From the human T2T-CHM13v2.0 reference genome, Homo sapiens, in NCBI RefSeq assembly GCF_009914755.1, contig NC_060925.1: 64,000 bases of DNA; one strand, written 5' to 3'. Shown piece after piece: positions 45,580-56,193 of the stretch; position 1 is the first letter of the stretch, and every line of letters starts with the position of its first letter. The position numbers and the translations under genes were made by a program. The notes beneath the pieces are model-generated. The model saw nothing but the letters and a program-made list of their open reading frames with translations. It made no database searches and was not told the origin of the DNA.

Positions 45580-46209
45580 AGAAGCTGAATGCAAGACAGG
45601 AGGCCAGCCCTTCAGAGAGGCCCCCGGCTGCCCTGGGAAGAGGCTGTCCTCAGCAGGTCTCTCCATCTCACTGGGCCCAGCACCACAGACCTCCCATGTG
45701 TGCTGAGCTGAGCCCACCCTCCATCCAGCCCTGGGCTGAAGGAAGATCAGGCATTCTTAACGTTCTCGCCCTGCCAGGTGTTCTTTCTACTCATTTGCCC
45801 CTTCAGTGGACATTATCTGTGTCTCGAGGGCAGGGGCACTGCTTCTATTCTGGAGAGGCTGGGCGCCGCAGGCCTCCTGGAGCAGAGCCCCAGACCGCTG
45901 CACAATCCCTCATTGAAGGCCCAGCCTCCAGCTCCCACTGCTGTGCCAGTGAAGTCACACGCACCCCTCCCACCCATCCCCTCCCTCCCTCCCTCCTTCC
46001 CTCCCTATCCAGCCCCAAGGAGAACAGTATGACCTTTGAAAAAAGCCAAGGGTCGCCTCATCAACCAGAGTGAGTTTGCCAAAAAGTGGGTCTGCTGGCC
46101 CTTTTGTCCCTGGCCCTGCATCAGGGGACAGCATTTTCCTCCCAGAAGTGGCAGAAACAATTCCTTCCCACCTTCATCACAAATAACACTGCAGGATGGC
46201 CTCAACTCG

Positions 46210-46420
46210 TATGCACACTCTCACACATACATGCACATTCACACATACACTCACGCTCACACCTGCTCACTCATGCACACTCACACCCACTCACACTCAC
46301 ACCCTCACATATCCTCACATGCTCACACTCATGCACACTCACACATGCCCTCACATACCCATATGTGCTCACACTTATGCACACTCACTCCCACTCACAC
46401 ACCTCAATCACACGCACTCA
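46210..46420. repeat. Degenerate (CA)/(CACACT)-rich low-complexity tract
   Basis: About 210 nt of cacac/ctcac/catgcac units; source of His/Thr-rich spurious ORFs. Confidence 0.9.
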
Positions 46421-47989
46421 CGTGCTCCATCTCCTGAGGGATGGGTGCCAGAGGTCATAGGTATCAGAGCCAGGGAAAGAAAAGAGGCACACGAGTAAAG
46501 AAACCTCGCAGACCGAGCAGGCATCTGCCTAACTCCCTGCAGAGCTGGGCTGGAAGAGCTATGGAATTCACTTTCCACTGCTCCATAGAAGGCGAGTGGT
46601 GTGACACTGGGTGGGAGCTTGGTCACCCTCATCCGTACAAGCTGTCCCCACTGTCTTCTCCCTGTGGCAGCTTGTCTTCTGGGTTGGTTCTGTCCCTGTA
46701 AGAAATTCCTTAGTAGCACAGTGGTGGCTGCAGACGCCATCCCTATAGTCAAGTAGATTCTCCAGAGGTCCTTGGCCTGATAGTATGGGGGCTGGGGACA
46801 GCATCCAACCAACTCTTGCTGCCCTGAGAGTCTCCAGCACCCACAGTCTCCCCTCTCACTCACCCTTCTCCAGAATGTCAAGGAGAGCAGAGTCCTGAGG
46901 CCCCAGCTGGCTCGCTCACCTCTCTGGCCAAGGATGGATTTGTTAAAAACAAAACAAAACAAAACAAAAAACTCTGGACCAGGCACTGGGAGAGCTGGTT
47001 CTCCTTCTAGCTCTGCAGCAAACTTCCTGTATGATCTTGGCCGAGAGACTTCTTCCTTGGATCTGGAGATTCCCTGGACAATGTCTAGGGCTCTTTCCAT
47101 TGAGTCAGCCTTCGATTCTATAAAAGAGAGGCTTGAAGTCTTGAATAGGCAAAGGAGGTCCCTTGTCAGGCTTGCTAACCAGGGTGAGACCCCAAAAATG
47201 TCCTGAATGAAGAAGCTAAGGGCCTGGGCTAAGGGCCAAGGGGAGCGGGTCCCAGTGACAGCCCCACCTCTCCTAAGAATGGCCCCTTCTCCCCACCCAA
47301 GCCAACTGGAGTTACCTTTCTTGGGGCCCTGGCAAGAATATCACATATGGGTGAAGATGCTGTGGAGACGAGCTCCGGGGAGCATGTGTTCAGAAGCCAT
47401 AGATTTTTGCTTTCCCCCTGGACTTTTCATTCCTTTGTCTCCTGCCCAGGCAGCCCTGGGCAAATGGCGAAGCAAATGTCTCTTCAGTCTTCTAGGGGCC
47501 ACACGAAATAATTATTTTGGATCTTTTCATGAGTCTTAGTCTCAAGATTTTCCTTCATGCATAGCATGTACGGCAGGGCCCTTGTCCTGCCACACTCTGC
47601 CCCTCCTCTGGGATCTCTCTTCCCTTCCCTGCTGTGGCTCTTCCTGCACCTCTTGTTCTGAGCTTAACTCTGGCTTCTCCAGGCTGCCCTCTCTAAGCCC
47701 CCAGAATCCTCGCCACATCTCACTCAAGTCAAGTAGGAAGGCTTCAAAGTCACCATGGCTTTGCCCTGATGCTGGCAGCTCGCAGCTCCCCACAAGGAGC
47801 CCTCACTCTGAAAAAGTCAGCCTGCAACAACAGTACAGTAGTCTGCACCTGCATGAAATGAGAATGCCATGTTACTTTCTGATATATTCATCAGGAAAAA
47901 ACATTTGAAAGTCACAGCAACACATGTTCCCTTTTCTGCACATTTTAACCAAGACCTTGTCCCCACAAAAAGCACACCATCTAAAACCT

Positions 47990-48142
47990 TCCTATGCAGA
48001 GTGTGGTTCACACACCACCAGCATGGCATTGCCCCAGCACTTGTCAGAAAGGCAGAGTCCCAGGCCCCACCCCAGCCCAACTGAATCAGAACCTGCATTT
48101 TAACCAGCCCCCAGGTGATGCATGTTAAAATTTGAGAAGCCC
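47990..48142. mobile_element. MER5A-like MITE
   Basis: caggccccaccccag...ctgaatcagaacctgcattttaac...cccaggtgat...tttgagaa. Confidence 0.8.
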
Positions 48143-48921
48143 AGACCTCAGATACATACATCCACCTGCACAGGAGCACACCTATACAAGCACATGCACA
48201 CTTCAGGTAGGAGCTGGGGGAGATTTGTGCCACCTGCCTCCTTACCTTCTTTGTGAAAAGCACAGAAAGGAGCTGTAGCCTCTGCTTCATCTCTGGAGCC
48301 TCCCATTGAGAAGCATGATTTCTATAAGGCAATGTACCATGAATAGAAGCAATGTACCATGAAAGGGGCATTTGCCTCTAGAGTCTTCCATAGGATGGGA
48401 AAGGAGGAGATGCCAAGGAGAGAAGGTGTCGTGGGAGAAATGAGGCCTTGGAGCTTTGCTCTGCAGCAATGTTTCCAATCCACTCCCTTCCTGGCACCTG
48501 TCTTGCCCTCAGCCTCTCCTGTTCACTGTTGGCTGAGGAGCCCACTTCCCTCAGTGGCATCAGATGGAGGGAAATACCTTCAGGGCCTCTTTCAAGCAGC
48601 ATTGTCACTTGGGGACATGTGGACTTCCTGGTGACACTGTCCTTTGATCAGAGCCAGTCTTTCTGCCCAACTCTGTGGTTTTGGTCACCCAGGGGAGGCG
48701 TCACCTTCTCCATAAGGCACTCACTGGGTCCGTTCCCCAACCCTGCTTGGTTCTTGCACTGGGCTTTGCAGCCAGGAGGAGAGAGCCCTGTGCTCAGCGC
48801 CCTCCCCAGGCACACCCCGCCCACTCCCTGTGTGCTGGGGCGTGAGGATGCCTGGGCGGTTGTGTGCATAACGATGTTCTTCTTTTCTCCCTCTCCAATG
48901 CTAACCCGTCGGAACTAACAG

Positions 48922-48939
48922 CAAGCATTCAGAATGAGC
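48922..48939 (+). CDS. NFASC: NFASC 18-nt alternative microexon, (P)SIQNE(L)
   Basis: actaacAG|CAAGCATTCAGAATGAGC|GTAAGT; symmetric phase 1-1; gives MDPSIQNELTQPP when included and MDLTQPP when skipped. Too short for the ORF track. Confidence 0.93.
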
Positions 48940-49516
48940 GTAAGTGCCCTGTGTGCCTCTCTGTGCCTCTGGGAGTTGGGAGGGAGGAATGAGGCATGAG
49001 GTGATACCTGGGGATTAGTGGCCTGCTGGGACTTCTGCTGGGGCCTCTTCATACCAGAGCCCTGTAGTGAGGTATCTTACTGCGGGGGAAGGAAGGAGGC
49101 TTGCCTGCAGCATTCTCTTGCTGGGAAAGACAGAAGGGCACGTGGTAAGAAGAGGGTCATTGGATCGAAGCTCATGTGCACCACAGCTGTTTCCCCATCC
49201 TCCAGTGGCTGGCACAGGACCCCAGGGTAGCACACTGGCACTTGGGACCTAGAAGGGGAGGATCTGGGAAGTTCTTGGGGACTGAAGGCCCTCTCTGCTC
49301 TAGCCTCACCATAGTTTGGCCGTTTGTTGAGCCTCCAGGGCTCAGAACCACCATGACCCCTAAGTTCTGAAAATCTAGCTGCTTTTTCTTCCTTTATTCA
49401 TTCAACAGACATTTATCAAAAACTATTGTGCACTGTATGTTGTGCTAGGCATTGTAAGGTAAGGATGAGTAAACTAAAAGTCTGGCCTTCAGTTTCTCCT
49501 CGGGATGCTATGGGAT

Positions 49517-50135
49517 TTTTTTTTTTTTTTTTTTTTTATGGAGTCTCGCTCTATCGCCCAGGCTGGAGTACAGCAGCACAATCTGGGTTCACTGCAGCCT
49601 CAGCCTCCTGGATTCAAGTGATTCTCCTGCCTCAGCCTCCCGAGTAGCTGGGGTTATAGGTGCTCACCACCATGCCCGGCTAATTTTTTTTTTTTTTTTT
49701 TTTTACTTTTAGTAGAGATGGGGTTTTACCATGTTGGCCAGGCTGGTCTTGAACTCCTGACCTCAGAAAATCCATCCGCCTCAGCCTCTCAAAGTGCTGG
49801 GATTACAGGTGTGAGCCACCATGCCTGGCCTATGGGATTTTTTTTTTTTTTTGAAAACAGAATATCGCTCTGTCGCCCAGGCTGGAGTGCGGTGGTGCGA
49901 TCTCGGCTCACTGCAAGCTCCGCTTCCTGGGTTCTTGTCATTCTCCTGCCTCAGCCTCCTGAGTAGCTGGGACTACAGGCACCCTCCACCACGCCCGGCT
50001 AATTTTTTGTATTTTTTAGTAGAGACGGGGTTTCACCGTGTTAGCCAGGATGGTCTCGATCTCCTGACCTCGTGATCAGCCTGCTTCTGCCTCCCAAAGT
50101 GCTAGGATTACAAGCGTGAGCCACCACGCCTGGCT
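49517..50135 (-). mobile_element. Two tandem antisense Alus (about 49517-49830 S-like; 49839-50135 Y/Sc-like) sharing one target site
   Basis: ctatgggat occurs three times: 49508, 49830 and 50138. Confidence 0.93.
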
Positions 50136-50377
50136 GCCTATGGGATCTTTTTAAAGGGATTCTTCTTATGCTTAATCTTTGACACCCACCTTCTTTCCTG
50201 CGGCACCATTTAAGGAGCTGGGTCTCTAGAATGGGGCCCTGTTCACCGCCCCCCACACCCCACCCACTTGCCTGCTTGCATGTGTGGCTTCTGAAGCTCT
50301 TCATCTCAGCTGTTCCCCAAGCTGGACCCCAGGGAGGTCCCTGCAGCCCTGACCATGCTCCCTGTGCACTGTTGCAG

Positions 50378-50483
50378 TGACGCAGCCGCCAACCATCACC
50401 AAGCAGTCAGCGAAGGATCACATCGTGGACCCCCGTGATAACATCCTGATTGAGTGTGAAGCAAAAGGGAACCCTGCCCCCAG
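50378..50483 (+). CDS. NFASC: NFASC exon, first half of Ig1 ([35 protein letters not shown])
   Basis: gttgcAG|TGACG...CCCAG|GTGAGT; 106 nt; contains the first Ig cysteine (IECEAKG). Confidence 0.97.
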
Positions 50484-51648
50484 GTGAGTGAAGGGGGAAA
50501 AGAGTGCATTGAAACCACCCGCTTGCCTCTGGGCCTGATGATAACTAAGGCAAATGAGGCAGCAGGAAAATTGGACTCATCCATTCCAAAAAATTTCCAT
50601 TAGGCACCTACTAGGTGGAAGGCATAATTGAGGTACCAGGAAATTTTGCCGGTAAGCAAACTGGAGACCAGAAAACAAGTGGCTTAAGTTCACACCAAAA
50701 GCCAGGACTGGATGTTCAGTTTTCTGACTTTCCGTATAACATTCTTTCCTCCACGCTGTGTTCCCATCACCTGCCCCACGTTTAGCTTATAGGAAGTTCC
50801 TTTTCCAAGCCAACTTGAGTCTTTCATTCTGAGCTTGCCTCTACCTGTTTATGTGCTCATTAAGACCAAGTAAGATGTCAACAGACATGAATTAAAAGCC
50901 TGTTGTGTGTGTGTCCGGGCTCTGTGTTAGGTTCTGTTACTCACGTTTTGTTCGACCACCTAACAGTGCTCTGGGGAAGGACCGATGTCCTTATGAAGAG
51001 GAGGGGAAAAGGGGTACAAAGGTCCAAGGTTACCCAGCTTGAAAGGGGCAGAACCCAGATTTAAACTCATGCATTTCTACCAAATGATAAGCATCGGAGA
51101 CATGACAGACGTTATTATCTGCCCCCATCCCCATCCTCAAAGTAGCATCTACAGACTGAGCCTTTCAGGAGCCTCATGCAAGATTCAGACCCGTATGTGA
51201 CAGGACCACATCTAGGGTGTGTCTGTCAGCAGGAGAAATGAGGCCAAGCAGAGGCAGCCAGGTATGCAGCAGCTTTATTCTGGCCTCCTGGGTTCACACA
51301 AGACAGTCTCAAACCCAGAGCTCTGAGCCTGGGAACCAGCAGGGACTCTCTCGCTGGCCGTGGGAGTCACCCTGAAGGGTTAGTCAGGGTAATGGTAACC
51401 TCACTTGCTTCTGAGGTTTGGTCTTTCCCCCATGGTTCCTTTGCAGAGACAATAATCCTGTGGCACTGAGCAGCCCCTGCTGTTCCAGCTGCTCCTGCTT
51501 TCCCTGCTTCTTTTACAAGTTAGATTGTGGGCATCTGAGGATGTGAGGCCTTGGCTGCAGCTCCCAGGAGGAGCAGAGGGGGCCATTCTAGTGCTCTTCA
51601 CCAGTGGCTCAGTTCTACTAGGCTGCCATTTCTTTAAAAGCTGCCACT

Positions 51649-51962
<314 letters not shown>

Positions 51963-52554
51963 AAAAGCTGCCACTCTTGGGCTACAGGGTGTGGTCACTG
52001 CTATATAATCTGTACTCACTGAGCAGGGCACAAGTAACCTAAGCCGTTTCACTTTGGCTTTAAAATGGATTGTAAAATTAAGGTGGCAGGAGGAGCAGAG
52101 CCAACTCCCTGAAGTATTTAGGTTGGGTGGAATATGAATTCAAGTTTGCATTCCTAGTAGAAGGTTGGAAATGTCCTGGGGTGGAAGAAGCCACAGATTC
52201 TAGATTCTAGAAATGAAAATCTCTCCTCAGTAACGTGTTTAACATAACCCCCGAGTAGCTACTTCAGTATCTAACACTTAGAGCCACGAGTCCCAGTCTT
52301 AGGTGGGTAGAAATACTAACGTCAGGCCCCTGCCCTGGACAGTCACTTGGGTGGGACCTGGGACTTTGCATTTTATTGAGCTCTCCAGATGGTTCTTCTG
52401 CTCAGCCAGGCTGAGACCTGTTGGTATGGGGTGCCACGATGGGACTGAGAGAGGGAATTTTGGTACTGAGCCAGGGACTAGGGATCTGAGATCTGCCTGG
52501 AGCCCAGAGCCCACCCCATTCGTCTTGGTTGCCACTGCTCCCCACTCTCCACAG

Positions 52555-52751
52555 CTTCCACTGGACACGAAACAGCAGATTCTTCAACATCGCCAAGGAC
52601 CCCCGGGTGTCCATGAGGAGGAGGTCTGGGACCCTGGTGATTGACTTCCGCAGTGGCGGGCGGCCGGAGGAATATGAGGGGGAATATCAGTGCTTCGCCC
52701 GCAACAAATTTGGCACGGCCCTGTCCAATAGGATCCGCCTGCAGGTGTCTA
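52555..52751 (+). CDS. NFASC: NFASC exon, second half of Ig1 ([66 protein letters not shown])
   Basis: ctccacAG|CTTCC...TCTA|GTGAGT; 197 nt; Ig core Trp and EGEYQC motif; lies within ORF 52529..52759. Confidence 0.97.
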
Positions 52752-53195
52752 GTGAGTAGCGTGGGGCAGGGCTGAAATGCCCTGCTCCTGGGTAAATGGA
52801 GAGTGGGGGGTGTGGAAGGCCATTCCAGAAGGGCTGCCCCTGCCCTTGGCCTGCAGTTGCCTTGGTGTTCTCTATGCATCTTCCCCACCTCAGAATGATT
52901 CCCTGGAAAGGAAGCTCCCAAAGCTTCCTTTTGAAGTTGTTGTCTGCAACAATTTCACTGGCCACTGCGGGCACAGGAGACGGGAAAGGAGGGGAGCCTT
53001 GAAGATGCCTCCCTTCTCCTGCCTCTCAAGGGCGGCCCCTTGAGTAGGCTCACGTGCCCCGTCCCTCTCTCTTGCTCCCTCCTTCTCCAGGTGCCCCTTC
53101 TGTTTCTCCTCCTTGCATGCCTGCCTCTGACCCTGCTCCTTGCCCCGGGCCCAGCCATCACCCTCACTTTATCCTCTTTGTCCACTTCTCTCCAG

Positions 53196-53318
53196 AATCT
53201 CCTCTGTGGCCCAAGGAAAACCTAGACCCTGTCGTGGTCCAAGAGGGCGCTCCTTTGACGCTCCAGTGCAACCCCCCGCCTGGACTTCCATCCCCGGTCA
53301 TCTTCTGGATGAGCAGCT
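53196..53318 (+). CDS. NFASC: NFASC exon, first half of Ig2 ([41 protein letters not shown])
   Basis: ctctccAG|AATCT...AGCT|GTGAGT; 123 nt; L1-family [10 protein letters not shown] motif. Confidence 0.97.
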
Positions 53319-53439
53319 GTGAGTCTTGGGGGCCTGGTGTTGTGTTTATATCTTAACCTTAGGGGGTGGGGTGGGTGTGTTAAGTGGGGAGGGGCTTGCC
53401 CAAGCTAGAAGGCCTTGATTTGTGAGAGGCAGGTGCAAT

Positions 53440-53700
53440 GTGGCAACCAGGCTGAGAACACAGGCTCTGCAGAGAGAGGCTGCTTGGGCTTATTTTCTAG
53501 CCTGGCTGCTGTGTGATCTTGAGCAAGTGTGATCTTGAGCAAATTGCTTACATCTCTGGGCCTCAGTTTCCTCTTCTGGAAAAAAACAGAGCTAATCATA
53601 GTACTTATCTAATAGGATTATTATAAGAATAAATGAGTCAATACGTCCAAAGTGCTTAGAACAGGGCCAGACACACAGTAAGCACTTGGAAACATGATAA
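53440..53700 (+). mobile_element. MIR with an internal 16-bp tandem duplication (tgtgatcttgagcaag)
   Basis: ctctgggcctcagtttcctc...aaagtgcttagaacag...cagtaagcact. Confidence 0.85.
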
Positions 53701-54369
53701 TGAAAATGAAGAGCAAGACAGAAGGGATTAGGGGAGAAGAGGAGAAATGGTTTTTCCAATTGGCCAATTGAAAGTGGTTGATACCAAACCACCTCTTTCA
53801 ATTATTGGCCGGTCTGGATTTATTCTGATTCGCTCTTCTGGTAGGAGGAAGGGTGAATGGGGAATTGCAACCTTTCATAAAGGAGTGATGGGGAGATAGG
53901 GTATCTGCAGCAGGGACAGAGTAACATCATTCAGCGATTGTTCTGGCTCAATTTTGAACTGAGCCTCATTCATCCTCTCCGGACCTCAGTTTCTTCCCAT
54001 GTTTTCAATTTAAATAAAAGCAGAAGCATTAATAGAGGTAAATCGAAAACTGCTATCTCTCTGTGTGTCCTTCTGGCTTCCTGTCCTCCCTCCCTTCCCG
54101 CCTACCTGTCTGCCTCCTCTCCCCCTCCTTCCATCCCTCCTTTCCCATCTATCCAGCCATCCATCAACCTATATCTCCACCTACGTACCTGCCAGTCATC
54201 CATCCTTCTATCCATCCCTGAATTCTTAGCAGCCTACTTTGAAAAGAGGCTGCCCTGTTGATGAGGCAGCATTGTAAGTTATTTTGCAGGTTGAGGATGG
54301 CTTTGTGCTCAATCACTGTCTCTCTCTTCCCCCATCACAGTGCACATTTATGGGGAAGGCTGCCTGGCC

Positions 54370-55090
54370 ACAGGCTGCTGGCCTCACTTGTTAATTCACA
54401 GTTCAACTTCTCCTCTCTCATCTCTCCCACATCACATTCACCATCAAGTTGTGTTCACTCTGCCTCCCAAGTAGATCTTAGACCCTTGTCTTCTTTCTGT
54501 CCTCACTGACATCTCCCCAGCCCCGGCCACCATCAGTTTTTCCCTGGGTTACAAGAATTATCCATAACAGGCCTCCCTGGTCTTTCTAAAAATGTGATAC
54601 TTAATTGATAGTTTCATTCATCTGCTTAAAGCCCTTCACTGGCTCCTCCATCACCTCAAAATAATGGTCCAGATCCCTTTCCCTGGCACCCAGTCCCATT
54701 CCAGATCTGGCCCTCTGCCTCTCCAGCCCTTGTCTCCCCTCATCCCCTTACACCACTGAGTGGACTATGTACTCTTAGCCTTTATCACACACTCTTCCAG
54801 CTCCTTAGAAACCTCAGCTCCCCTGTCTTTTCTCCTGGTATAAGATATGCAGGCTTCAAGGCTCAGCTTAGGACCCCCTAGAATGCACTGGGTTCTTTTT
54901 TGCAGTTAATCCCCTTCTAACTGGTGTGTTCTGCTCGCCACGCTGCATTGCAATTGTTTATTTATCTGCTGCCTCTTCTACTAAACTGGAAGTTATTTGA
55001 GGGCAGTAACAGTCTTGCCCAACCTTTCACCAGCACCTAGCACAGTGCCTGGCACATAGTAGGCCTACAGTAAATCAGGAATGGTTTGAA
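54370..55090 (+). mobile_element. L2 3' remnant
   Basis: cagcacctagcacagtgcctggcacatagtaggc 3' core; pyrimidine-rich body. Confidence 0.75.
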
Positions 55091-56022
55091 GAGCTGACCA
55101 GCCCATTATGGGGAAGTTGGCATCATTAACCTTGTGCTTTAAGAAATGGTGACTTAAAAAACAATTGTGGGGATAGGAAGGAGACAGCTGTGAGTAGTCA
55201 GCTTTAGGTATATTCTAACTAACCTAACAGCCTGGAAACCTGGTCTTTTGGGTTTACATCAGATATAGCACTTGAAAAAAAAAAGAAAAGAAAATATAGT
55301 CAACATTTTCAGCCACTCCAGTTATATCATTAATCAGACATTTTCATATTTTAACATCTCTAAAATTGAAATCAGATTTAACATCTCTTAAAACTGATGA
55401 TGTACATCATTGATTGGTATATATCTTACAGTTATAATCAGTAGTGCTTTCTTCTTAGGAATAAAAAACAAAGGTATACATTATAATTGATGATTACATT
55501 TTTGTTAAATGCAGCAAAGCCAAGTTCAATTTCATTTAATTCAGCAAACTGTTGAGTGACTCCTATATGCCGAGTCCTAAGACAGGTGCTGGGGCATAAG
55601 ATGAACAGATCATGGTCCCTGGCCTCTGAGTGCTGTCGCTGCTAGCTTGAGAATTTGAACCTTGGGGAGTACCTGAAGGTTTGTGTTCCTTCTGCTGGTC
55701 CCACAGCCGGTGAGATCTTTTGTGGCGTGAACAGGAAAGAGAAAAGTGTGGTCATAGAACATGGACATGGTGGGCAGGCAGGTCTGCATCTAAAATCCTG
55801 CTCTCCTCTCTGCCTTTGCAATGCTGGACACATTACATCCTCTGCTTTCTGATCTGTAAAATGGGAATAAGCCATACTTCAGAGTTGAGAGGATTAGACC
55901 AAGTAATGTCAAGCTCCTGGTCGCCACCTGACCCTCTGTAAAGTGTTCTGTCGCCAGGACTGCGGTGGTGATGATTACTGTTATTACTACTAACCTGCTG
56001 CCGTACCTCTGCTTTCTTATAG

Positions 56023-56193
56023 CCATGGAGCCCATCACCCAAGACAAACGTGTCTCTCAGGGCCATAACGGAGACCTATACTTCTCCAACGTGATGCTGC
56101 AGGACATGCAGACCGACTACAGTTGTAACGCCCGCTTCCACTTCACCCACACCATCCAGCAGAAGAACCCTTTCACCCTCAAGGTCCTCACCA
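56023..56193 (+). CDS. NFASC: NFASC exon, second half of Ig2 ([57 protein letters not shown])
   Basis: ttcttatAG|CCATG...ACCA|GTAAGT; 171 nt; NGDLYFSNV and DYSC motifs; perfect TACTAAC branch point at 55988-55994. Confidence 0.97.

Noticed and set aside
46036-46498. His/Thr-rich ORFs in three frames
   Set aside because: Product of the CA-rich low-complexity tract.
46408-47100. Longest ORF in the track (230 aa, minus strand)
   Set aside because: No recognisable domain, runs through a simple (AAAAC)n repeat, and is antisense intronic; length is compatible with chance in GC-richer DNA.
53319-53633. Intron read-through ([12 protein letters not shown]) with MIR-derived AATAAA at 53628 as a secreted short isoform
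   Set aside because: Would cut Ig2 in half; AATAAA is common in AT-rich repeat sequence and nothing else supports it.
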